NCBI RefSeq assembly: GCF_943372955.1
Contig: NZ_CALSAL010000006.1
Coordinates: forward strand, 11,888 to 75,887
Length of the DNA: 64,000 nucleotides
Direction: 5' to 3'
From: Polaromonas sp. YR568
Lineage (GTDB): Bacteria; Pseudomonadota; Gammaproteobacteria; Burkholderiales; Burkholderiaceae_C
Shown: positions 26,207 through 34,660 of the stretch, in pieces
Numbering within the stretch: the first letter of the stretch is position 1
Layout of the letters: every line of letters starts with the position of its first letter
The notes under the pieces: generated by a model
What the model was told of the DNA's origin: nothing
The model's database searches: none
What the model saw: the letters and a program-made list of their open reading frames with translations, nothing else
Made by a program: the position numbers and the translations under genes

Positions 26207-28453
26207 ATGAGACTTCTCTCCAGGCACTGGCCGCGCATCGCCGTCACACTGATTCCGCTGGTTTTTGCGCTGATGCACGCGGCTGGCGTGCTGCACGTCG
26301 GCGTGCTGGAGCGCCTGGACAACATCATCTACGACGCGCGCCTGCGGGCCACCATGCCCGGCACGCTGGACGACCGTATCGTCATTGTTGATATCGACGA
26401 GCAGAGCCTGGCCGAGATCGGACGCTGGCCCTGGAGCCGCAACAAGGTGGCCGATCTGGTCGATGAGCTTCATGGCCGGCAGCGCGCGGCGCTGATCGGT
26501 TTTGACGTCGTGTTCGCCGAGCCGGACGACAGCTCCGGCCTCAAGCAGCTCAGGCAACTGGCCCAGGCCGAGCTCAAGGACCAGCCTGGCTTCGCCGAGA
26601 AACTCAATCAGCTGCAGGGCAGCCTCGACTACGACGCGCTGCTGGCCAAAGCCATTTCACAGCGTCCGGTGGTGCTGGGCTATTACTTCACCAGCGACCG
26701 CGATGGCCGGGTGAACGGCCACCTGCCGGCGCCAGTGATGCAGAAGGAAGCGCTGGCCGGGCGGCCGATCCGCTTCACGGTGTGGAATGGCTACGGCGCC
26801 AACATCGAGCAGCTGGGCAAGGCCGCACCCTTGGGCGGCTTTTTCAACTCCATCACCGATGGCGACGGCGTGGTGCGGTCGCTTCCGCTGGTGGCGGAGT
26901 TCAAGGGCCAGTATTACGAATCGCTGTCGCTGGCCATGTTCCGCATGCTCGCAGGAATGCCCAAGGTCGAGCCCGGGTTCCCGCCGCAGAAACTGCTCAC
27001 CCGCGGCTACCACGGGCTGGAGAGCATCCTGCTGACGCAGGACGGCAAACAACTGGCGATTCCGGTCGATGACCGGGTTGCGACGCTGGTGCCCTTCCGG
27101 GGAAATGGAGGCGTCAAGGGCGGCTCCTTCAAGTACATCCCGGCAGCCGATCTGATTGCCCGTCGCCTGCCGCCAGAGACGCTGAAGGACAAGATTGTGC
27201 TGGTTGGCACCACTGCCCCCGGTTTGCTCGACCTGCGGGTGACGCCAGTCGGCGAGACCTACCCCGGCGTCGAAACGCACGCCAACGTGATCTCGGGCCT
27301 GCTCGACGGCAAGACCTTGGTCCGACCGGATTACGCGATGGGTTTCGAGCTGGTTGTGCTGCTGTTGTCCGGCCTGGTTCTCGCGTTCACCTTGCCCCTG
27401 CTGTCGGCCCTGCGGGCGGTTCTGGCAAGCGCGGCCGTGATTGCGGCGCTGGCGGGCTTGAACTTCTGGCTCTATGCCGGCTACGGGCTGGTGTTGCCGC
27501 TGGCGGGCGCGCTGGTGATGGCGGTGACGGCGTTTGCGCTGAACATGAGCTACGGCTACTTCGTGGAAAGCCGCTCCAAACGGGAGCTGGCCCACCTGTT
27601 CGGGACCTACGTGCCCCCCGAACTGGTCGACGAAATGGTGAAGGACCCGGACAGCTACTCGATGAAGGCCACGTCCAAGGAGCTGACGGTGATGTTCTGC
27701 GACATGCGCGGCTTCACCAAGATGTCAGAAACCATGGATCCCACCCAGCTGCAGGCGCTTCTCAACAGCGTGTTCAGCCAGTTGACCGGGGTGATCCGCG
27801 CCCACCGGGGCACCATCGACAAATACATGGGCGACTGCGTGATGGCATTCTGGGGCGCCCCGGTTGAAACCCCCGGACACGCCAGCCTCGCGGTGAAGGC
27901 GGCACTCGGCATGTCGGCCATCGTGCGCCAGATCAACATCGACCACCGCAGCAAGGGCTTGCCCGAGATCGGCATCGGCATCGGCCTGAACACCGGCACC
28001 ATGTGCGTGGGCGACATGGGCTCGGACATCCGCCGCAGCTACACCGTGATCGGCGATGCGGTGAACCTGGGCTCGCGCCTGGAGGGCCTGTCCAAAATCT
28101 ACGGGGTCGACATCATCGTCAGCGAGTCCACCCGCAAGCTGGCCGGCGACTTTGTCTGGCAAGAGCTGGACAAAGTGCGCGTGAAGGGCAAAGATCACGC
28201 AGTGGCGATTTTCTGGCCGCTGGCGGTGGCCCAGCCGACCGGCGACGATGCGCTGGAGCTCAAGACCTGGAGCCTGGCCCTGAAGGCCTACCGCACGCAG
28301 GATTGGGAGGCATGCGATCTGCATCTGCTGAACCTGCAGAAGATGAATGGTGAAAAGTACCTCTACCGCCTGTACGCAGAGCGTGTAGCCTCGATGCGGT
28401 TGCTGCCTTTCGATCCCGGCTGGGATGGCGCAACCAATTTTGAAACGAAGTAA
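26207..28453 (+). CDS. CHASE2 sensor domain-containing class III adenylate cyclase
   Basis: IVIVDIDEQSLAEIGRWPWSRNKVADLVDEL, 3 TM helices, and a cyclase domain (TVMFCDMRGFT, IDKYMGDCVMAFWGAP, SYTVIGDAVNLGSRLE). The Lys/Thr specificity pair suggests ATP as substrate. Confidence 0.88.
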   Translation: MRLLSRHWPRIAVTLIPLVFALMHAAGVLHVGVLERLDNIIYDARLRATMPGTLDDRIVIVDIDEQSLAEIGRWPWSRNKVADLVDELHGRQRAALIGFDVVFAEPDDSSGLKQLRQLAQAELKDQPGFAEKLNQLQGSLDYDALLAKAISQRPVVLGYYFTSDRDGRVNGHLPAPVMQKEALAGRPIRFTVWNGYGANIEQLGKAAPLGGFFNSITDGDGVVRSLPLVAEFKGQYYESLSLAMFRMLAGMPKVEPGFPPQKLLTRGYHGLESILLTQDGKQLAIPVDDRVATLVPFRGNGGVKGGSFKYIPAADLIARRLPPETLKDKIVLVGTTAPGLLDLRVTPVGETYPGVETHANVISGLLDGKTLVRPDYAMGFELVVLLLSGLVLAFTLPLLSALRAVLASAAVIAALAGLNFWLYAGYGLVLPLAGALVMAVTAFALNMSYGYFVESRSKRELAHLFGTYVPPELVDEMVKDPDSYSMKATSKELTVMFCDMRGFTKMSETMDPTQLQALLNSVFSQLTGVIRAHRGTIDKYMGDCVMAFWGAPVETPGHASLAVKAALGMSAIVRQINIDHRSKGLPEIGIGIGLNTGTMCVGDMGSDIRRSYTVIGDAVNLGSRLEGLSKIYGVDIIVSESTRKLAGDFVWQELDKVRVKGKDHAVAIFWPLAVAQPTGDDALELKTWSLALKAYRTQDWEACDLHLLNLQKMNGEKYLYRLYAERVASMRLLPFDPGWDGATNFETK

Positions 28454-28488
28454 CGCGCGGATTTGCGCGGGGCCAACTGGAAACACCC

Positions 28489-29280
28489 ATGAAAGTACGC
28501 GTACTCGGCTGTTCAGGCGCCATTGCCAGGGACTGCCGCACCACGTCTTTTCTGCTGGACGACAACCTGCTCGTCGATGCCGGCACCGGCGTGGGAGACC
28601 TCACGCTCGACGAGATGGCCGCCGTCGATCACGTGCTGCTGACCCATTCCCACCTCGACCACGTCGCCGCCCTGCCCCTGATGGTGGACGCGATCGCCTC
28701 GCGCCGAACCCGGCCGGTGCAGATCCATGCCCTGCAGGGCACGATTGACGCGCTGAAGGCGCACATCTTCAACAACACCATCTGGCCCGACTTCTCGCGC
28801 ATTCCGACGCCGGAAGCGCCCTTCATCAGCTTTCATCCGCTGGAGCTGGGGCAGACGCTGGTGCTGGGCGGCAAGCCGGTGGAGGTGCTGCCGGCGGTCC
28901 ACACCGTGCCGGCGGTGGGCTATGCGATTGGTGGTCGCAAGGGCTGCTGGGTGTTCACGGGTGACACCGAGGAAAACCCGGCGCTCTGGAAGCGCATCAA
29001 CCAGCTTGACGTGGCGATGCTGGTGATCGAGACCGCCTTCAGCAACCGCGAGCGGGAGCTGGCCAAGCTGAGTCTTCACCTCTCGCCCAAAGTACTGGCC
29101 ACTGAACTGGACTGCATCGCCCGCGACAAGAACTATCCGATCTACATCACCCACACCAAGCCCGCCGAGACCGAATTGATCATGGCGGAAATCCAGGGTT
29201 TCGACCAGACTCGCCCAATGGGCCCCAATGTCACACACGATATCCGCTGGTTGAGAGCGGGTCAGGAGTTCGAACTATGA
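28489..29280 (+). CDS. class II 3',5'-cyclic-nucleotide phosphodiesterase (MBL fold, CpdP/PDE1-like)
   Basis: MKVRVLGCSG...SFLLDDNLLVDAGTG...HVLLTHSHLDHVAAL matches the HxHLDH class II signature. The stop overlaps the next ATG. Confidence 0.75.
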   Translation: MKVRVLGCSGAIARDCRTTSFLLDDNLLVDAGTGVGDLTLDEMAAVDHVLLTHSHLDHVAALPLMVDAIASRRTRPVQIHALQGTIDALKAHIFNNTIWPDFSRIPTPEAPFISFHPLELGQTLVLGGKPVEVLPAVHTVPAVGYAIGGRKGCWVFTGDTEENPALWKRINQLDVAMLVIETAFSNRERELAKLSLHLSPKVLATELDCIARDKNYPIYITHTKPAETELIMAEIQGFDQTRPMGPNVTHDIRWLRAGQEFEL

Positions 29281-31682
29281 CTGCTGTTATGCAACGCGAT
29301 CCCCAGGACGCGTTCTTTGACTCCCAGATGCTGCCGCCGCAGGAGCGCGGCGTCACCTTCGAGGCGCTGTACTTCAGACAGCTGCAGCTGGTCACCAACC
29401 GCATCTATGAAACCGAGAACATCGACCAGATCATGCTCGATGCCAGCCAGGACATCTGCAAGCTGTTCAATGCAGACCGGCTGACGCTCTATGCGGTCAA
29501 TGAAGACCGCAGCTCCATCACCTCCAAGGTCAAGACCGGTCTGAACACCAGCAAGGACCTGAAGCTGCCCATCAGCCCCCAGAGCATCGCCGGCTATGTG
29601 GCGATGTCGCGGGCCATGGTCAACATCGCTGACGTGTACGACGACGCGGCGCTCAAGAAAATCCATCCAGCGCTCAGCTTTCTCAAGGAAGTGGACAAGC
29701 GTTCCGGCTACCGCACCAAGCAGATGCTGGTGGCGCCGGTGATGGACGGCGACACGCTCTACGGCGTGCTGCAGGTCATCAACAACCGCAGCGATCAGCC
29801 CTTCGGCAAGCTGGAGGAAGACGGCGCCAGTCAGTTGTGCAAGACGCTGGGCATTGCGATCCGCCAGCGCATGCAGAAGGCCGACGAGCAGCAGCGGCGC
29901 AAGGCGACGAAATACGACGGACTGGTGACTGCAGGCGTGCTGACCCAGAGCGATCTGCAGGAGTGTGTGCAGGAGGCCCGCGAGGGCGGCAAGTCCGTCG
30001 AGCACATCCTGATGGGCAAGTACAGCATCCGCCCGGCACAGATCGGCGCCTCGCTGTCGCGCTTTTTTGGCGTGACCTACGAGCCGTTCAATCCAGGACG
30101 CATCCGCTCCGAGGTACTGCATGGCCCCCTCAAGCGCGATTTCATCGAGCAGCAGGGCTGGATGCCGCTGGAAGACACGCCAGAGGGCCTGCTCATCATG
30201 TGCCTGGACCCCGAGGCGGTACGCGGTGCGCGGGTGGTGCCGCAGGTGTTTCCCCGCACGGCCAAGTTCGCCTACCGGGTGACCACGCAGACCGAGTTCG
30301 AGGAAACGCTGGGCCAGCTGTTTGGCTTGGCCGGTGAAGGCAGCTCCATCGACCAGTTGCTGGCTGACATGGATTCACCGCTGGACGGCGACTCCGGAGA
30401 TGATTCGCTGCTGGAGTCGGCCGCAGCCGACAACGAGCTGGTGAAGTTCGTCAACAAGGTCATCATCGACGCCTACAACCAGAAGGTCTCGGACATCCAC
30501 ATCGAGCCGATGCCCGGCAAGGCCAAGACCGGCATCCGCTTCCGCATCGACGGCACGCTGCAGCCCTACATCGAAGTGCCGGCACAGTTTCGGCAGGCCA
30601 TGGTGACACGGCTGAAGATCATGTGCGACCTCGACATTTCCGAAAAGCGCAAGCCGCAGGACGGAAAGATCAAGTTCAAGAAATACGGTCCGCTGGACAT
30701 TGAGCTACGGGTCGCCACCATTCCGTCAGCAGGCGGTGTGGAAGACGTGGTGATGCGGATTCTGGCCGCTGGCGAACCCATCCCGCTGGAAAAACTCGGC
30801 CTGACCGACCACAACAAGGACCGGCTGGAAAAGACCGTGTCCAAGCCCTACGGCCTGTTCTACGTGTGCGGCCCCACCGGTTCGGGCAAGACGACCACGC
30901 TGCACTCCATCCTGAAATTCCTCAACACGCCCGACACCAAGATCTGGACCGCCGAGGACCCGGTGGAGATCACGCAGAAAGGCCTGCGCCAGGTTCAGGT
31001 CAACAAGAAGGCGGGCATTGACTTCGCGCTGGTGATGCGCGCCTTCCTGCGTGCCGACCCCGACATCATCATGGTCGGCGAGTCACGCGACAAGGAAACC
31101 GTGTCGATGGGCGTGGAGGCCTCGCTCACCGGCCACATGGTGTTCTCCACGCTGCACACCAATTCGGCGCCTGAGTCCATCACCCGGCTGCTGGACATGG
31201 GCATGGACCCGTTCAATTTTGCCGACGCCCTGCTGGGTATCCTTGCGCAACGGCTGGCCAAAAAGCTGTGCGATTGCAAGGAGTCGTATGTGGCCAGCTC
31301 GCAGGAGATCAAGGACTTCATCAAGGAGTACTCCGAAGAACTCCGCAACACCGAGGCCTGGAAGGCCGACCCGGGTGGCGAGGCGCAGCAGCTGCTCGAC
31401 GACTGGATGACGCGCTATGGCAAGGACGGCGGCCTCAAGCTGTACCGGGCTGTCGGCTGCGACAAGTGCAACAAGACCGGCTACAAGGGCCGTATCGGCC
31501 TGCACGAGCTGATGATCGCCGACGACCAGCTCAAAAAGCTGATCCAGGAGCGCGCCCGCGTCGCCGAACTGTTTGCCAGCGCCCTCAGCAGCGGCATGCG
31601 GACACTGAAAATGGACGGCATGGAAAAAGTGCTGATGGGTCTGACCGACCTGAAGATGGTGCGGTCGGTGTGTATCAAGTAA
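29277..31682 (+). CDS. GAF domain-containing GspE/PilB-family secretion/pilus ATPase
   Basis: N-terminal GAF (residues ~35-197), a T2SSE_N-like region, Walker A GPTGSGKTTT, Asp/His boxes, and a partial Cys motif (CDC...CDKC). 801 aa versus ~570 for a typical PilB. Confidence 0.85.
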   Translation: MTAVMQRDPQDAFFDSQMLPPQERGVTFEALYFRQLQLVTNRIYETENIDQIMLDASQDICKLFNADRLTLYAVNEDRSSITSKVKTGLNTSKDLKLPISPQSIAGYVAMSRAMVNIADVYDDAALKKIHPALSFLKEVDKRSGYRTKQMLVAPVMDGDTLYGVLQVINNRSDQPFGKLEEDGASQLCKTLGIAIRQRMQKADEQQRRKATKYDGLVTAGVLTQSDLQECVQEAREGGKSVEHILMGKYSIRPAQIGASLSRFFGVTYEPFNPGRIRSEVLHGPLKRDFIEQQGWMPLEDTPEGLLIMCLDPEAVRGARVVPQVFPRTAKFAYRVTTQTEFEETLGQLFGLAGEGSSIDQLLADMDSPLDGDSGDDSLLESAAADNELVKFVNKVIIDAYNQKVSDIHIEPMPGKAKTGIRFRIDGTLQPYIEVPAQFRQAMVTRLKIMCDLDISEKRKPQDGKIKFKKYGPLDIELRVATIPSAGGVEDVVMRILAAGEPIPLEKLGLTDHNKDRLEKTVSKPYGLFYVCGPTGSGKTTTLHSILKFLNTPDTKIWTAEDPVEITQKGLRQVQVNKKAGIDFALVMRAFLRADPDIIMVGESRDKETVSMGVEASLTGHMVFSTLHTNSAPESITRLLDMGMDPFNFADALLGILAQRLAKKLCDCKESYVASSQEIKDFIKEYSEELRNTEAWKADPGGEAQQLLDDWMTRYGKDGGLKLYRAVGCDKCNKTGYKGRIGLHELMIADDQLKKLIQERARVAELFASALSSGMRTLKMDGMEKVLMGLTDLKMVRSVCIK

Positions 31683-31750
31683 GCAGCCAGATCGCTCATT
31701 CGTGGACAATCGGCGTTGGTGACAACCATGCCAAATGACAGGAACCCGGT

Positions 31751-32446
31751 GTGATACTGACCTCGTTGCTCAAGGATATTTTCTTCGCGCCCAAGCAGCA
31801 GCATGCAGAGCCGCCCGCAGGCGAAGTGTCCGAGCTGGCGCCTGCAGGAAAGCGCGTTTTGAACGTGGGTGGCGGCTCGAAGCGCACGCCCATTCCCAGT
31901 TACTTTTCAGGCTGGCAGCATGACCTGCTCGACATTGACCCGCGCGGTGCGCCCGACATTGTGTGTGATGCCCGTGAGCTGGAAAAGCTGCCAGGAGGCC
32001 TGTACGACGCGGTGTACTGCTCTCACAACCTGGAGCATTACTACCGCCATGACGGCCTGAATGTGGTGCGCGGCTTTCACCACATCCTCAATGACACCGG
32101 TTTTGCCGAGGTGTGTGTTCCGGACATTGCACAGGTCATGGAGGCGCTGAGGGAGCGGCAGCTTGAGCTGGACGATGTGCTGTACCAGAGCGCGGCAGGG
32201 CCCATCACTGCGCACGACGTGGTCTATGGCCTGCAGTCCGAGATCCAGAACAGTGGCCAGGACTTCTACGCGCACAAAACCGGATTCACGCCCAAATCAC
32301 TCGCAAAAATCCTGAGCGATGGCGGATTTGCCAAGGTCTTCATCAGCACCAACTGGCAACTGGCGGTGCACGCACTGGCATTCAAGACCGAGCCGACCGA
32401 AGAGCAGTACGCGCTGTTTAAAAGCACCTGGAACCTGCAACCCTGA
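31751..32446 (+). CDS. class I SAM-dependent methyltransferase
   Basis: GTG start. VLNVGGGSKRT...DIDPRG...DAVYCSHNLEHY (Methyltransf_11-like). Confidence 0.65.
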   Translation: MILTSLLKDIFFAPKQQHAEPPAGEVSELAPAGKRVLNVGGGSKRTPIPSYFSGWQHDLLDIDPRGAPDIVCDARELEKLPGGLYDAVYCSHNLEHYYRHDGLNVVRGFHHILNDTGFAEVCVPDIAQVMEALRERQLELDDVLYQSAAGPITAHDVVYGLQSEIQNSGQDFYAHKTGFTPKSLAKILSDGGFAKVFISTNWQLAVHALAFKTEPTEEQYALFKSTWNLQP

Positions 32447-32500
32447 CCGCGGTGACGAGCATCGTTTCTGCAGAGGGGGCTGCGCAACGCAACGGACTGG

Positions 32501-34648
32501 TCAAGTCCTCGGGGCGTTCGTGGTCTGGCACCAGTCTTTCCAGACGGTGCGCAGGGCTGCTTCAAGATGCCTTGCAAAACGTGGTGCGTCGAAGAGGGGT
32601 GACTCCAGTACCTGCTTTCGCAAGCCAGCCCGCAGCACCGCCAGGCGCGGCAGGTTGTTTGCGTGTGTGATCGCCCGCTGCAGGTAGTCTTCCGGGTCGT
32701 TGGCCACCCAGTCCGGCAATCCGGCGTTCATCATCATGCCCACCCCCTGACGCGAGAGAAAGCTGCTTCCTGCCAGCGTCAGAACCGGCACACCCATCCA
32801 CAAAGCCTCTGCTGTGGTGGTGCCTCCCGTGTATGGAAACGGGTCGAGGGCGAGGTCAACCTTGCGGTAGGTGGCCAGGTAGTCTGCGCGCGGCACAGCG
32901 CCTTGCAGAATAAGGCGTCCAGACTCGATGCCGTGCGCTGCATAACGTGCGACCACGGTGGCCCGCGCCGCACTGTCGCCGAGCTGCGGTGCCATCAGGT
33001 GCAGGCGGCTCTGTGGAACGGCGTGCAGCACCCGTGCCCACAAAGCGACCACGGCATCATTCATTTTGGGCAAGGCATTGAAGCAGGCAAACGTGACATA
33101 ACCGTTGCGTAGCGCGGGCAGTGAGATGACGTTCAGATCCAGATTGGGAGCCGTGAAGCAAAGCCGCGTTTCCGGCAGGCGCAGGATTTTCTCGGTGAAG
33201 TGCCCCTCCAGCGTGGGGGGCAGTGTCCAGGGATCCGCAATCAGATAGTCCATGGCCGGCACACCCGTGGTCGCGAAATAACCCAGCCAGCTGATTTGCA
33301 CCGGCGCAGGCTTTCGTGCGAACACAGGCAGACGGTTCTTTCCGGTGTGTCCAGAGAGGTCGATCAGGATGTCGATGGCGTCGTCACGGATGCGCTGATC
33401 CATGGCTTCGTCGGTCATGCCGACCACAGAATGCCAGCCCCCGGCAAAGTGGCGCTTGAGCCGTTCAGTGACCTCGTCTGCGCTGGTGGCGTTGGCGTAA
33501 GCAAACAGGGTCAGGCGACGGGTGGCCTCGGCGGAAAGTGCCGCGAGGACGTTCTCGATGAAATAGCCGACGGGATGCGAGCGCAGGTCGGCTGAGACAA
33601 AACCGACCCGCAGGGTCCGCTCTGGGTCCGGGCGGTTTTGCAGGGCGGCGGAGGCAGGCGCGAGCCGGGTCACCGTGGCCCCAAAGCGTTTGGCCTCTTC
33701 CAGCAACTCATCCTGCGAGTGACTGGCCAGCAGGTGCTGGATCAACAGCAGATTGCTGTGGGCGACTGAAAAGTCAGGCCGGATGGCCAGTGCGCGACGG
33801 TAGTTCGCCAGCGCCTCTTCCAGCTGTCCCAAATCCTTGAATGCAGACCCAAGGTTGGTGTACACGCCCGCATTGTTGGGTTCCATCTCCAGTACCCACC
33901 TGTAGCTGGCTACCGCGTCGTTGAACAGCTGCAAGGCCATGCAGACATCGCCCAGGCTGCAATGCGCATCCACAAAACCGGGTCGGAGTTCTGTTGCCCG
34001 ACGAAAGCTGCTGGCGGCATCATGGAGGCGACCCAAGTACCACAACACCATTCCGCGCTCGTAGAGCAGGTCCACATCATCGGGCGCGCATGCCAGCGCG
34101 TCGCCGTACGCCTGCGCAAGCGCCTCATGCTGTCCCAGCCGTTTCAAAGCGTCAATCAGCTTGGCGTGCGTGTCCATGTCGCCAGGGCTGGCTTTCAGGG
34201 CACGGCGATAGCTCTCAACAGCGTCTTCATGTTGCCCCAGTGCTTCCAGCTCCGAGCCCATGGCGATGGCAGCTTCTGCGAACTCGGGTCGAAGCGCCAG
34301 TGCCTGGCCATAGGCTGCGAGGGCCGCTTCATGGTTGTCCAGGCGCGCGTGCGCTGCACCGATGTTGAAGTGCGCACCGGCCGAGTCGGGCTTGTAGTGA
34401 ACGGCTGTGTGCAGCGCCTGCAAGGCTGCCTGCGCTTCACCGCGATCGAGCAGCAGGGTACCCCGGTTGAAATGGGCCCGCGCCAGTTCAGGCATCAGTG
34501 CAATTGCCGAGTCATAGCACTGTAAGGCGGCATCGGTTTGACCCCGCTTTTCCAATGCCATGCCCTGTTCAAGCAGCTGTTCTACGGTGGGTTCTGTTGC
34601 AGACACCGCCTGCCTGCTGATCGTGGGTGACGTGTCGTTGGTTTCCAT
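32501..34648 (-). CDS. TPR repeat + GT41 (OGT/SPINDLY-like) glycosyltransferase, paralogue 1
   Basis: About 9-10 TPRs, then LRVGFVSADLRSHPVGYF, IDLSGHTGKNRLPVFARKPAPVQISWLGYFATTG, CFNALPKMNDAVVALWARVL, ALDPFPYTGGTTTAEALWMGVPVLTL. Confidence 0.8.
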   Translation of the reverse strand: METNDTSPTISRQAVSATEPTVEQLLEQGMALEKRGQTDAALQCYDSAIALMPELARAHFNRGTLLLDRGEAQAALQALHTAVHYKPDSAGAHFNIGAAHARLDNHEAALAAYGQALALRPEFAEAAIAMGSELEALGQHEDAVESYRRALKASPGDMDTHAKLIDALKRLGQHEALAQAYGDALACAPDDVDLLYERGMVLWYLGRLHDAASSFRRATELRPGFVDAHCSLGDVCMALQLFNDAVASYRWVLEMEPNNAGVYTNLGSAFKDLGQLEEALANYRRALAIRPDFSVAHSNLLLIQHLLASHSQDELLEEAKRFGATVTRLAPASAALQNRPDPERTLRVGFVSADLRSHPVGYFIENVLAALSAEATRRLTLFAYANATSADEVTERLKRHFAGGWHSVVGMTDEAMDQRIRDDAIDILIDLSGHTGKNRLPVFARKPAPVQISWLGYFATTGVPAMDYLIADPWTLPPTLEGHFTEKILRLPETRLCFTAPNLDLNVISLPALRNGYVTFACFNALPKMNDAVVALWARVLHAVPQSRLHLMAPQLGDSAARATVVARYAAHGIESGRLILQGAVPRADYLATYRKVDLALDPFPYTGGTTTAEALWMGVPVLTLAGSSFLSRQGVGMMMNAGLPDWVANDPEDYLQRAITHANNLPRLAVLRAGLRKQVLESPLFDAPRFARHLEAALRTVWKDWCQTTNAPRT

Positions 34649-34660
34649 GGCTTGCGGAGG

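Noticed and set aside
29907-29978. Possible MshEN-type c-di-GMP binding motif at the start of the T2SSE_N region of the GAF-ATPase (TKYDGLVTAGVLTQSDLQECVQEA)
   Set aside because: The hydrophobic spacing fits RLGxxLLxxGLLxxxxLxxxLxxQ, but the leading Arg-Leu-Gly and the terminal Gln, which contact c-di-GMP in MshE, are absent. I do not claim c-di-GMP binding.
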